Below, in pieces: positions 11,185-23,159 of a stretch of DNA of 64,000 nt. The stretch lies in assembly GCA_038087875.1 (NCBI GenBank), contig CM075987.1, positions 25,174,001 to 25,238,000 on the forward strand, given 5' to 3'. This DNA comes from Malacoraja senta. Taxonomy: Eukaryota. The translations under genes and the position numbers were made by a program. Each line of letters starts with the position of its first letter. Within the stretch, counting starts at the first letter, position 1. Below the pieces are notes generated by a model. That model ran no database searches and was not told the DNA's origin. It saw nothing but the letters and a program-made list of their open reading frames with translations.

Positions 11185-11508
11185 GACAATAGACAATAGA
11201 CAATAGGTGCAGGAGTAGGCCATTCGGCCCTTCAATGTGATCATGGCTGATCATCCCCAATCAGTTCCCCGTTCCTGCCTTCTCCCCATATCCACTGACT
11301 GCTGTTTTTAAGAGCCCTATCTAGCTCTCTCTTGAAAGCATCCAGAGAACCTGCCTCCACCGCCCTCTGAGGCAGAGAACTTCCACAGACTCACCACTCT
11401 CTGTGAGAAAAAGTGTTTCCTCGTCTCCGTTCTGAATGGCTTACTCCTTATTCTTAAACTGTGGCTCCTGGTTCTGGACTCCCCCAACATCGGGAACATG
11501 TTTCCTGC
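11185..11508 (-). mobile_element. CR1 LINE 3' end
   Basis: MFPMLGESRTRSHSLRIR..FFSQRVVSLW; (ACAATAG)n tail. Confidence 0.85.
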
Positions 11509-11534
11509 CGGAGAAAGTGTTGGAGGAAGCTGCT

Positions 11535-11657
11535 GAGGAAACCCACGCAGTCACATGGAGAACGTACAAACTCTGTACAGACAGCACCCGTAGTCAGGAT
11601 CGAACCCGGGTCTCTGTCGCTGTAAGGCAGCAACTCTACCACTGTGCCACCGTGCCA
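11535..11657 (-). mobile_element. V-SINE head fragment
   Basis: Reverse complement of ggcacggtggcacagtggtagagttgctgcc..gggttcgatcc. Confidence 0.75.
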
Positions 11658-12214
11658 TTTGGTCGGCTAGTTTTCTTGAAAACTGTCTTTTCATTAAGTG
11701 GGTAATAACGTTGAAGTTCGAAGCTTCTTGTCAGACCAAGAATTATATTGAGTACAGATTTAAAAATTAAACAGCATTAATAATGACTTGATTGCTTGGC
11801 TGATGATTTTTCAAAAGGCTTTTCAGAGATAAGGAAGGATGCAGTTGTTTGGACAAAGGGTGAACAGCAGCTGGAACCAAGGGCCAGGAAGATTGGTTGT
11901 GAAACCAAGGCACTGGGCCCATTTAATAAAGATTGGTTGTTATCTTACAAAGACAGTTACGATTTTGTATGTGCAAGGGGAAAGATCGATAGCTAAATTC
12001 ATTTCTCGTGTCGCAATGAATGAGTGGAAACATTCAATTAAAAAATCACCTTCGAGTTGACAAGGATAAAATTAGATATCAAAAGAATACAAAGAGTTAC
12101 TCCAGCATTTTGTGTCTACCTTCGATTTAAACCAGTATATGTGTGTGTGTGTGTGTACATATATACATCTCCTCCATATCCACTCTATCCAAGCCTTTCA
12201 CTATTTGAAAGGTT

Positions 12215-12221
<7 letters not shown>

Positions 12222-12285
<64 letters not shown>

Positions 12286-12304
12286 ACACATGCACAACGC
12301 ACAC

Positions 12305-12368
<64 letters not shown>

Positions 12369-12431
12369 TCTCTCACACACACACACACACTCACTGTCTC
12401 ACACACACTCACACACACATGCACAACGCAC

Positions 12432-12475
<44 letters not shown>

Positions 12476-12486
12476 ACACACACACA

Positions 12487-12555
<69 letters not shown>

Positions 12556-12655
12556 TCTCTCACACACACACTCACTCTCACACACACAACACACACACAC
12601 ACACACTCACTCTCTCACACACACACACACTCACTCTCTCACACACACACTCACT

Positions 12656-12710
<55 letters not shown>

Positions 12711-12868
12711 TCTCTCACACACACACACACACTCACTCTCTCACACACACACACACACTCACACACGCACACACACACACACACACACACGCACACTCAC
12801 TCTCTCACACACACACACACACTCACTCTCTCACACACACTCACACACACATGCACAACGCACACACG

Positions 12869-12953
<85 letters not shown>

Positions 12954-12968
12954 TCTCTCACACACACA

Positions 12969-13055
<87 letters not shown>

Positions 13056-13075
13056 TCTCTCACACACACACACAC
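12222..13075. repeat. Compound (CA)n microsatellite with recurring interruptions
   Basis: Direct reading; catgcacaacgcacacacgca recurs near 12289, 12418 and 12850. Confidence 0.97.
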
Positions 13076-13450
13076 TGTGGTGGATTGAAGGGCCTGTTTA
13101 CCTCACAGGCAACGAACCCTTTAAATAATGCAGCCATCAACATATGGAAGGAGGGTGAAAGAATTCTTGCAGCAACGGTACAACGATTTGAAAAAGACCA
13201 TTAGTCAGAGCGCAAGGACACAGCGTCAGCATTAAATCAGAGCAGCTGCCTGAGATCACAGTTTCCCTCCACACGCCTGGCTGCGGCTGCTGCTGCTGCT
13301 GGTTCGTGCACTCAGAGCCCCACCAACGCTGCACCTGATGGGATTCGTGCAAAAGGTGTGCTCCCGCAGAATGGGTGATTCAGCGCCCTCAGTTACCAAG
13401 GAACACATTGTGCTGAGCTGGACTTGGCAGCCTTCATCTTTCCATGGAGC

Positions 13451-14056
13451 ATTTAGTTTAGTTTAGTTGAGAGATATAGCGTGGAAACAGGCCTTTCGGC
13501 CAACCGGGTCTCACCGACCAGCGATCCCCGCACATTAACTATATCCTACACACACTTGGGACAGTTTACATGTATACTAATGGGGCTGTCCCACTGTACG
13601 AGTTAATTCAAGAGTTCTCCCGAGTTTCCTCTGATTCGAACTCAGAGATTTACGGTAATGGCCGCTCGTCGGGTACTCGGGGCTCTCGTGGACATTTTTC
13701 AACATGTTGAAAAATCTTCATGAGTCTTCCCGAGCTTACCGCGTTTCCCGAGTACCTGCCGTTAGCGTTACGAGCCGCTAAGAGACGTCCCCGATCTCCG
13801 ACGTACCCGCTACGTTCATTCTACGTGCTTACCACTCGGGAGAGCTCTTGGGTGAACTCGTACAGTGGGACAGGCCCATAAGCCCATTAACCTATAAACT
13901 TGAAGTGTGGGGGGAAGCCAGAGCACCCGGAGAAAACCCACGTGGGCCACGGGGAGAACGTACAAACTCCGTACAGACAGCACCCGTAGTCAGGATCGAA
14001 CCCGGGTATCTGGCGCTGTGAGGCAGCAACTCTACCGCTGCGCCACTGTGCCGCCC
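13451..14056 (-). mobile_element. V-SINE interrupted by a MITE
   Basis: Tail 13451-13580, head 13879-14056. Confidence 0.85.
13581..13878. mobile_element. PIF/Harbinger-type MITE
   Basis: TIRs tggggctgtcccactgtacgagtt / aactcgtacagtgggacaggccca; TAA TSD on both sides. Confidence 0.9.
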
Positions 14057-14339
14057 TCAAGGTTTGTTCAACTGATTCATTCTTTACCCTTCACTCCATG
14101 TTTCCCGGACCGCCACGTGTATTCACAAGTCACTGGGGCGGCACGGTGGGGCAACGGTAGAGTTGCTGCCTTACAGCGCCACAGACCCAGGTTCAATCCT
14201 GACCAGTTCCGTTCAGAGATACAGCATGGAAGCAGGTCGTTTGGCCCACCGAGTCCACGCCGACCGTGAATCACCCCTTCACACTCCTTGAGTTTGAGTT
14301 TAGCTTCTTGTCATCTCCTTCTTGAACATTTTTGATCTT

Positions 14340-14560
14340 GAACGAGCTGCCTGAGGAGGTAGTTGAGGCAGGGGGGGGGGGGTATCCCAACGTTTATGAA
14401 GCAATTAGACAGGTACATGGAGAGGACAGGTTTGGAGGGATATGAGTCAAATGCAGACAGGTGGAACTAGCATAGCTGGGACATTTTGGCCGGTGTGGGC
14501 AAGTTGGGCTGAAGGGCCTGTTTCCACACTGTATCACTCTGTGATTCTATGACTCTATAA
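14340..14560 (+). mobile_element. CR1 LINE 3' end (subfamily sharing the V-SINE tail)
   Basis: aacgagctgcctgaggaggtagttgaggc..gggctgaagggcctgtttccacactgtat. Confidence 0.8.
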
Positions 14561-15006
14561 CAAGCAATTCGAGGTGCAAATTGCAAAACTTCCCTGCGGT
14601 GAAGATTCTGACAGTTTTTAATTCACATTAGTAAAATCAAGTGATGAGATTGACAGGAATATTTAACAGCGAGTTTGTGTAGGCTTAGTGCGCAAATAAA
14701 TGGACCTAATTATCATGACAACTCGCACAAACCTACCCCCCATGGGTTTTTAAAGAAGGGATTTAGTCCGTTCTGAATTTCTAAATTTTCAATAGGATGG
14801 TTCTTCAAAAGGAGATCCTTTTTCATCATTAATCACAACCGTCTCTTCTGACGTGCGGGCATCAATTATTGATACTTGCAAGGAACTTTCGTCAGAAGAG
14901 AAGTAAAGAAACCCCATTCTCCTGCCTTCTACCCATAACCCCTGACACCCGTACTAATCAAGAATCCATCTATCTCTGCCTTAAAAATAGGCATTGACTT
15001 GACTTC

Positions 15007-15280
15007 CGCAGCGGTAGAGTTGCTGCCTTGCAAGTCCAGAGACCCGGGTTCAATCGTGACTAAGCTTGCCGTCTGTACAGAGTATGTACGTTCTCCCTGT
15101 GCCCGCGTGGTGCTCCGGTTTCCTCACCCATTCCAAAGGCGTGCAGGTTTGTAGGTAAATTGACTTCTGTAAATTTCCCCTAACGTGTGGGACAGAACGG
15201 GTATGGGTGTACAGGTGATCGCTGGTCGGCGCGGATTAGGTGGGCCGAAAGGCCTGTTTCCGGGCCTGTATCTTTAAATT
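15007..15280 (+). mobile_element. V-SINE
   Basis: Head, V-domain and tail present. Confidence 0.8.
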
Positions 15281-15435
15281 AAACCCATGTCAATGTCTTA
15301 GTATGGAACGCCTCACGTGAACACATCAGACTCCAATTTACACCCAGCTGTTTCACAAGCTTGGTGTGTTGCAAGAAGTATTGGCCTTGCCCCATAAGCA
15401 GAATCACAGTACACCAGGGGGGCTCAGCTACTGCT

Positions 15436-15750
15436 TCAAGATGGCGCCCAGCCCAGGCGACTGTGTGCGTGCTAGCCACAGAAGCAGAGAGCAAACCCAT
15501 TGCTGCCATTAATTTCGGGATTTTTTGGCATTCAACTTTACAACTCCTCGGCCTTCTGTCATGGGGTAGACTGACACTGACTTCCCTCTCCCACCCCCGC
15601 TCCCCCTCCTCCCCAATCTTTGCACATCCCCAAGCCTTTCCTCTCGTCACTTTAATTTCATGTTTCGTGTATCTTCTTGTGTTTTATGACTGTTGGCAGA
15701 TCAATTTCCCTCCTGGGATAAATATAGTCATTTCGTATCGTGTCGTATCG
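15436..15750 (+). mobile_element. Short non-autonomous retroelement with CAAGATGGCG head and (TCGTA)n tail
   Basis: 3' end gatcaatttccctcctgggataaata..tcgtatcg also occurs inverted at 10990-11070. Confidence 0.5.
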
Positions 15751-15752
15751 AG

Positions 15753-15945
15753 AATGCTTGTACACAAAAACATGGATGTAACGCTGAGGCTCTATAAGGC
15801 GCTGGCCAGGCCGCATTTGGAATATTGTGAGCAATTTTGGGCACCGTATCAGAGGAAGGATGTGCTGGCTCTGGAGAGGGTCCAGAGGAGGTTTACAAGA
15901 ATGCTCCCAGGAATGAGTAAGTTGAGCGTTTGTCGGCACTGGCCT
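15753..15945 (+). mobile_element. CR1 ORF2 fragment
   Basis: LYKALARPHLEYCEQFWAPY..ERVQRRFTRMLPG. Confidence 0.85.
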
Positions 15946-16113
15946 GTTAAACTAGTTTAGTTTAGTGATACAGTATGGAAACAGGCCCCTTGCCCCACTG
16001 AGTCTACGCCGACCAACGATCACCTTCTATGTTATCCCAGTTCTGCATCCTAAATACTGGGATGGCCACTGCACTCGATATGCTGTCTGGGGCTGAACAA
16101 TGATGGAGCTGTA

Positions 16114-16479
16114 AGGGCCTGTCCCACGAGCATGCGACTGCATGCGGCAAGCGCAACCTAACGTGGTCGCTTGAGCCGTACGGCCTCGCGGGGCCGGTCC
16201 CACTTCGATCGCCAGAGCCGTATGGAGTTGTGCGGGGCTGGTCCCGACATCGCGCAGGGCTCCGAAAAACTGACAGTGTTAAAAAATTCCACGCGGCAAC
16301 GGCCTGCCGGCCCGCAGCCGCCTCGACGCCGTACGCAGCGTCTTGACGCCGTACGTCACGCGCGAACTTCCCGCGGACTTCACTCGAACTTCACATCACT
16401 CACTCGACCTCCGCGCAGCCCCCGCTTCCAGTTTGGTCGCGCTCGCTGCATGCAGTCGCATGCTCGTGGGACAGGCCCT
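16114..16479. mobile_element. PIF/Harbinger-type MITE (family of 50753 and 62027)
   Basis: Long TIR agggcctgtcccacgagcatgcgactgcatgc; GTA duplicated at 16111-16113 and 16480-16482. Confidence 0.9.
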
Positions 16480-16629
16480 GTAGCTGTACAGCAGCTCTGG
16501 TGATTCCAACCTTAGGTACTGCTTGTGTGAAGTTTGCACATTCTCCACTCCTCCCCCCCCCCCACCCCACTCCCTCCCCCCCAGGTAATCCAGCTTCCTC
16601 GCACATTTCAAGGATCTTCACTTTCAACA

Positions 16630-16919
16630 TTAGAGATACAGCGCGGAAACAGGCCCTTTGGCCCACCGAGACCGCGCCGATCAGCGATGATCCCACACAC
16701 TAGCACTGCCTTACACACACCAGGGACAATTTACAATTTTACCGAAGCCAATTATCTGCCAATCCTGCACGTCTTTGGAGTGCGGGAGGAAATCGGAGAT
16801 CCCGGAGAAAACCCACGCAAGTCACGGGGAGAGCGTACAAACTCCGTACAGACAGCACCCGCAGTCAGGATCGAACCCGGGTCTCCTGCGCTGCAAGGCA
16901 GCAACTCTACCGCTGCGGC
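16630..16919 (-). mobile_element. V-SINE
   Basis: Near full-length reverse copy. Confidence 0.85.
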
Positions 16920-17517
16920 ACTGATCCTCCAGCTCTATTGATGCAGATTTATTTTTGAACCTCCAGTCCGGTTCCAGCCAAGCGAACAACCTGCATTCTG
17001 TGATATTTAATCACCTGTCAGGTCTGTGCAATGAAACAATGACAATCCACTGAACTATTCTCTGTTGCTGAATGGTTTCGCGCTTTCGGAAATTACTGTG
17101 CGGTCGTTAAGTGCGGAACTGCTTCCTGTGTTTAACTTGTGATGTCTGCATTTCTTCAACAAGGCACCTACCTATGGTAATTCATGTTAGGAACAGATGC
17201 TTGGGGGAGGGGAAAAAAAACCCAACTCAGCAGTTTGTTTGAGAGAACACGGAAAAAATAACAAATGTGGATTTGTAGTCAAAAATGATTTCGGGAGAAA
17301 CTGTTTTGTATAAGAAGCCCTTGCATTAATTTCCATTTAAAATGATGTTTGTACACCAGCTTAAAATATCCATTCCTATCTCATTGCCTTCAGTTTATTT
17401 TGCTGAGTAGCAACATGTATGGGGGAGCTGATCTGAAATCCTGAGCGAATTTCACTAAAACCTCGTCACAATTTATCAATGTAAATTCCTCACGTTCGTA
17501 TCTCCTGTAAACACATA

Positions 17518-17831
17518 CAGTGCCCTCCATAATGTTTGGGACAAAGACCCATCATTTATTTATTTGCCTCTGTACGCCACAATTTGAGATATGTAATAGA
17601 AAAAATCTCATATGGTTGTCAGATTTTATTAAAGGCCATTTTTATGCATTTTGGTTTCACTATGTAGACATTACAGCTGTGTTTATACATAGTCCCCCCT
17701 TTCAGAGCAGCATAATGTTTGGGACACATGACTTCACAGGTGTTTGTAATTGCTCAGGTGTGTTTAATTGCCTCCTTAATGCAGGTATAAGAGAGCTCTC
17801 AGCACCTAGTCTGACATTATGGAGGGCACTG
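17518..17831. mobile_element. Tc1/mariner IR/DR-type non-autonomous remnant
   Basis: TA-cagtgccctccataatgt...acattatggagggcactg-TA; internal direct repeat cataatgtttgggaca at 17528 and 17711. Confidence 0.85.
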
Positions 17832-17965
17832 TACATTGATACATATATGTAAGTCATATATATTTATTTTGTACTTAGCAAAATGCGTACACATGTATAT
17901 ATATGCTATAGATATGTAAATACATATACACGTACATAGATATATATATATATATTCTCACGTAA

Positions 17966-18400
17966 ATTTACACTCCAGCGGTATGAATATTGACTTCTCT
18001 AACTTCAAGTAACCCTTGCTTTCCCTCTCCCTCCATCCCCTCCCCCTTCCCAGTTCTTCCACCAGTCTTACTGTCCCTGATTACATTCTATCTCTGTCCC
18101 GCCCCCTCCCCGACATCAGCCTGAAGAAGGGTCTCAACCCGAAACGTCACTCATTCCTTCTCTCCAGAGATGCTGCCTGTCCCGCTGAGTTACTCCAGCA
18201 TTTGGTGTCTACCTTCGATTTAAACCAGCATCTGCAGTACTTTCTCCTGTGTAGGCAGGAACTGCAGATGCTGGTTTAAACCGAAGATAGACACAAAATG
18301 TTGGATGAACTCATCGCGACAGGCAGCATCTCTGGAGAGAAGGAATGGGTGACGTTTCGGGTTGAGAACCTCCTTCTCTAAAGAGATGCTGCTGCCTGTC
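17966..18400 (+). mobile_element. PLE 3' end (ORF stop + pLTR) followed by an inverted pLTR
   Basis: LHSSGMNIDFSNFK* then pLTR to about 18250; reverse copy 18249-18400. Confidence 0.8.
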
Positions 18401-18719
18401 CCTCTTCCTAACCTCTTGGCTTCTGCCGCTCCGTACAAATCTTCCCATTGCAAACTGTAATTTCGAATTGAATTCCAGGCAATTAAACTCAATTTTCAGT
18501 CGTCACAACAGGGTGCATTTTATTAATGAGATTTCGCCTTTGACTGCCGTGTATTCACACTTGGGTGGAAAGTAAAAACCAAGCCTTTTTCCCAGCACCT
18601 GTTTTCTGCTGTTGAGCCAAGCTTAACCCATTTTTGTGAATGGCTTGCCAGTTTTCCCAAACTGCTTCTTAGGTCGAAATGGAGTCATAAATATCCTCAA
18701 ATTCATGAGAGTTTTATGA

Positions 18720-19070
18720 TCATAAGGTCATAAGTGATAGGAGTAGTAGAATTCGGCCATTCGGCCTAACAAGTCTACTCCGCCATTCAATCATGGCTGA
18801 TCTATCTCCCCCTCCTAACCCCATTCTCCCGCCTTCTCCCCATAACCTCTGACACCTGTACTGATCAAAAATCTATCTATCTCTGCCTTAAAAGTATCCA
18901 CTGAATTGGCCTCCTCAGCCTCCTGTGACACAGAATTCCAAAGATTCACCGCCCTCTGACTAAATAGCTTTCTCCTCATCTCCTTTCTAAAAGGTCATGC
19001 TTCAATTCTAAGGCGGTGACCTCTGGTCCTAGACTCTCCCACTAGTGGAAACATCCTCTCCACATCCATG
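18720..19070 (-). mobile_element. CR1 LINE 3' end
   Basis: Reverse complement of gatgtggagaggatgtttccactagtgggagagtctagg..; cataag tail. Confidence 0.85.
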
Positions 19071-19374
19071 ATGCTGCAGATTTGGAGACAGTCAAAAATA
19101 ACTGAAGGAAAACAAACTTGCCATGTGGTGGAATTTGAAACCAGAACAGGATGCCGAATGAACCTAGTCAGTCAATCAGCAAGGGCAACAAGGGAAACTG
19201 GCTGAGGTGAGGTATAAGATAAATGACAGTATGAAATTTATTGCCAGCTGCAGCTTGGACTGTGAAACTGGAACCAAAAACTGGGGCCTGGTCTCAGTGG
19301 GGCTATTCCTACACATTTTGCACTTCATCCCTCTCTCCTCCATCCCTCTCCTCCTCTCCCTCACCCTAATTTGC

Positions 19375-19465
19375 CCATCTCTCTCTCTCTCTTTCTGTCT
19401 ATCTATCTCTCTCTTTCTCTATCTCTCTCTTGATCTCTCGATCTATCTTTCTCTCTCTCTCGATC

Positions 19466-19509
<44 letters not shown>

Positions 19510-19510
19510 A

Positions 19511-19551
<41 letters not shown>

Positions 19552-19569
19552 CATCTATCTATCTATCTA

Positions 19570-19601
<32 letters not shown>

Positions 19602-20270
19602 AATCTCTCTCTCTCTATCTCTCTCTCTCTCCCTCTATTTCTCTATCTTGCTCCCCCCCTCTCTCCCTCTCCCTCTATCTATCTCTTTCTTCCTCTATCT
19701 CTCTCTATCTCTCTCTTCCTCTCCCTCTCCATCTCTCTTTCCCTCTCTTTCTCTATCTCCCTATCTCTCTCTCGCTCTCCATCTCTCCATCTCTCTCTCT
19801 CTCTCTCGCTCTCCATCTCTCTCTCTCTCTCCCTCTATCTCTCTCTCTTTCTCTATCTCTCTCTTGATCTCTCGATCTATCTTTCTCTCTCTCTCTCGAT
19901 CTCTATGTATCTATCTATCTATCTATCTCTCTCTCTCTCTATCTCTCTCTTTCTCTATCTCTCTCTTGATCTCTCGATCTATCTCTCTCTCTCTCGATCT
20001 CTCTATCTCTCTCTCTCTCCCTCTATTTCTCTATCTTGTTCCCCCCCCTCTCTCCCTCTCCCTCTATCTATCTCTTTCTTCCTCTATCTCTCTCTATCTC
20101 TCTCTTCCTCTCCCTCTCCATCTCTCTTTCCCTCTCTTTCTCTATCTCCCTATCTCTCTCTCGCTCTCCATCTCTCCATCTCTCTCTCTCTCTCGCTCTC
20201 CATCTCTCTATCTCTCTCTCTTCCTCTCCTTCTCCATCTCTCTCTCTCTCTCCCTCTCTCTCTCTCAATT
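19375..20270. repeat. Polypyrimidine (TC/TATC)n array with an internal duplication of about 390 bp
   Basis: Block 19640-19800 recurs at 20030-20190. Confidence 0.95.
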
Positions 20271-20730
20271 CAATTCAATTTAAAACTTTGGCATGATACA
20301 AAAACATTGTTATATTGCCAAAGTATGAAACATGACATACATATTTAAGATGCATAAGTATAAATACAAGTATACTGTGCATACCACAGATACACTCCAT
20401 CTCTCTCTCTCTCTCTATCTCTATCTCTCTCTCCCTTTCACATTCAGGTGCCATCTCTTTATTTAATGAGGGAGACACTTTCTCCTGAATGATGCGCTTT
20501 ATTCCAAAGGTCACTCTGACCAGCTGCAGTTCCTTCAGCACCAACGCTTTCTGCAGCCAATTTCCTTTATTACCGATTCAGGAGATTCTCACGAGCCTTG
20601 AGCATCCTGACGCACTGACCAGACCAAGTCACCGCCCCACAGCCAGCAACATAAAACTGTTCATTGTGTAGTGGGAAGGAGCCGGAATAAAAGAATACTT
20701 GTGGGAGATGCCAATTGTTAACAAACCAAA

Positions 20731-21042
20731 GGGCAGCACGGTGGTGTTGCTGCCTCACAGCCCCAGAGACCCAGGTTCGATCCCGACTACGGGTGCTGTC
20801 TGTACTGAGTTTGTACGTTCTCCCCGTGAACGCTTGCGTTATCTCCGACATCTTCGGTTTTCTCCCACACACCAAAGACGTACAGGTCTGGAGGTTAATT
20901 GGCTTTGGTAACATTGTAAATTGTCCCTGGTGTGTGTGTGTGTGTGTGTAGGATAGTGTTAGTGTGCAGGGTGATCGCTGGACGGCACAGACCCGGTGGG
21001 CCGAAGGGCCTGTTTCCGGGCTGTATCTCCAAACTAAACTAA
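20731..21042 (+). mobile_element. V-SINE
   Basis: Head, V-domain, (AAACT)n tail. Confidence 0.85.
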
Positions 21043-21407
21043 GTCGCATTCCATATCCTCATGTAAACCTCAGGATGAGATGATGCTTTTCACTCTACCT
21101 CGGCATACATGACCATAAACTCAACTGATCTGAATGTAGAGAAAGGAACTGCAGATGCTGGTTTATACTGAAGATAGAAGGGTTCTGATCCAAAACGTCA
21201 CCCATCCTTTTTCTCCAGAGATGCTGCCTGACCCGCTGAGTCACTCCAGCACTTTGCGTCTATCTGAGACAATGCTCATATGTCTCTCAGCTCCCCGTTA
21301 GATTATATGGCGACATGTCAGCCTCACATTATATACACCAGATACACCACACATGAACACTATATACACAGCATGGCATGTCCAGTGTCACTGACTGCAA
21401 TTCCTAA

Positions 21408-22020
21408 AGCCCCTGTCCCACTTACGTGTCCTTGACATGCTAATTACGCGACCTTGTGGTTGCGTTGAGGCGCGACGGTCCCGCGAAGGTCGCGCGCGAC
21501 TTCATACGCCCGCATAGCCGTGTGGAGCGCGTGACGTCATTTGAAGACGGACACAAAATGCTGGGTAACTCAGCGGGACAGGCAGCATCTCTGGAGAGAA
21601 GCAATGGGTGACGTTTCGGGTCGAGACTCTTCTTCAGTCTGAAAGAAGGGTCTTGACCCGAAACGTCACCCATTGCTTCTCTCCAGAGATGCTGCCGGTC
21701 CCGCTAAGTTACTCCAGCATTTTGTGCCTATTTTCTTGGCCCCGCCCTGGGAGTAGAAGTGGGGGCGGATCCGGATCCGCAACGGCCGTGAGCCCCAGGC
21801 CGAGCTCGACGATGGTTTGCCTGCTTCTGCTGCTGTTGGAGGTGAGACGTTGCACCGCGCCAGGGTCTTGGGCCTGTCCCACTTTGGCCGGCAGTTACGC
21901 GACAGGCCGGTGACGCGCGAGGATTTCGTTCGCTATAAAATTTCGGAGCGCCGCTCGATACCGTGCACAACTCCATACCCCTCCGTGCTTCTAAGTGGGA
22001 CCGGCCCCGCGCGGCTCCTG
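21408..22020. mobile_element. GC-rich Harbinger-type element (right end missing) enclosing a PLE pLTR pair (21545-21730)
   Basis: taa-agcccctgtcccactt start; internal TIR-like gggcctgtcccactt (~21870) and aagtgggaccggcccc (~21993). Confidence 0.6.
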
Positions 22021-22151
22021 GAATGCTTTCTTATGCTTAAAGACTGTTGATGGTTCCACCGAAGAAAGACAGAAAATGCTGGAGTATCTCAGCGGGACAG
22101 GCAGCATCTCTGGAGAGAAGGAATAGGTGACGTTTTGGGTCGGTCTCGACC

Positions 22152-22205
22152 GGGGTGGGAGATTGAAACCTTCACGCGGTCCGCCCTGTTTCGACGAATG
22201 CAATC
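22152..22205 (+). ncRNA. Minimal HDV-like ribozyme with one P2 mismatch
   Basis: GGGGUGG-GA-GAUUGAA-ACC-UUCACGC-GGU-CCGCCCU-GU-UUCGA-C-GAA-UGCAAUC. Confidence 0.75.
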
Positions 22206-22292
22206 AACCTGGCGTGCACAATCAAATAAGATCAAATAGAACAAGTTGTCCTACAACTTTAGGCTGTGCACGCCATACGCAAGAAGAAGAAG
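22152..22292 (+). mobile_element. 141-bp ribozyme-headed short retroelement, copy 1
   Basis: TSD ggtctcgacc (22142-22151, 22293-22302); (GAA)n tail; 4 differences from copy 2. Confidence 0.9.
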
Positions 22293-23159
22293 GGTCTCGA
22301 CCCGAAACATCACCCATTCCTTTTCTCCAGAGATGCTGCATTTAACATCCATCCAATCTACACCACAGTTGGAGTTCTTGCAGAGCCAAGTTGCTGGAAA
22401 AGATCAGCAATGTTCTGAATGTTATTCAGAATATATCTCTATACATTCCACTTTTCTGTGAATTCACTGCGGGATTGTTACTAGAGGCAACACGCACAAC
22501 AATTGAGAAATCTGACAAGAATAACTATTGCCCTTGTCAATCGGTTCAACATTCAGTTAACTGGAGATACCGTGAACTTCAGTGAATAAAATCATGTATA
22601 TCCTGCGCAATAACCTGAAAGGAAAACATAATGAGAAGATAGACACAAAATGCTGGAGTAACCCAGCGGGACAGGCGGCATCTCTGTGGAGAAGGAGTGG
22701 GTGACGTTTCGGGTCGAGACCCTCCTTCAGACTGAAGATATAGAAGACTGAAGAAAATATAACTTTACAGCTTGGCCAAATAAAATGCTGACAAAGGGAT
22801 ATTTATATATTTGAGCACATTTCATAATATCAGCAGCATGTCTCAGTGTTCTTTATGGCTAACAATGTTTCATATCTTCCCTGGAGATGCTGCCTGATCT
22901 CAAGGGTCACAACCTGAGATGTTGTCCGTCCATTCCTTCCACAGGTGCTACCTGACCCAGTGAGTTCCTCCAGCACTTTATGTTTTGCTGCCTGCTCAGT
23001 TTAGCAATTCCAGTATTTTCTGAAAATAGACACATAAAGCTGGAGTAACTCAGCGGGTCAGACAGCATCTCTGGAGAAAAGGAGTAGGTGTCGTTGTTTG
23101 GGGTCGAGTCTGAAGAAGGGTCTCAACCCAAAGCAATCAGAGTCTGAAGAAGGGTCTCA

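Larger units (their letters stand above)
22050..22340. mobile_element. Head-to-head PLE pLTR pair hosting the ribozyme element
   Basis: Left arm to gacgttttgggtc; right arm ggtctcgacccgaaacatcaccc. Confidence 0.75.

Noticed and set aside
12057..13204. His/Thr-rich ORFs of 300-340 aa
   Set aside because: (CA)n microsatellite artefact.
19207..20348. 358-aa Leu/Ser-rich ORF
   Set aside because: (TC/TATC)n artefact.
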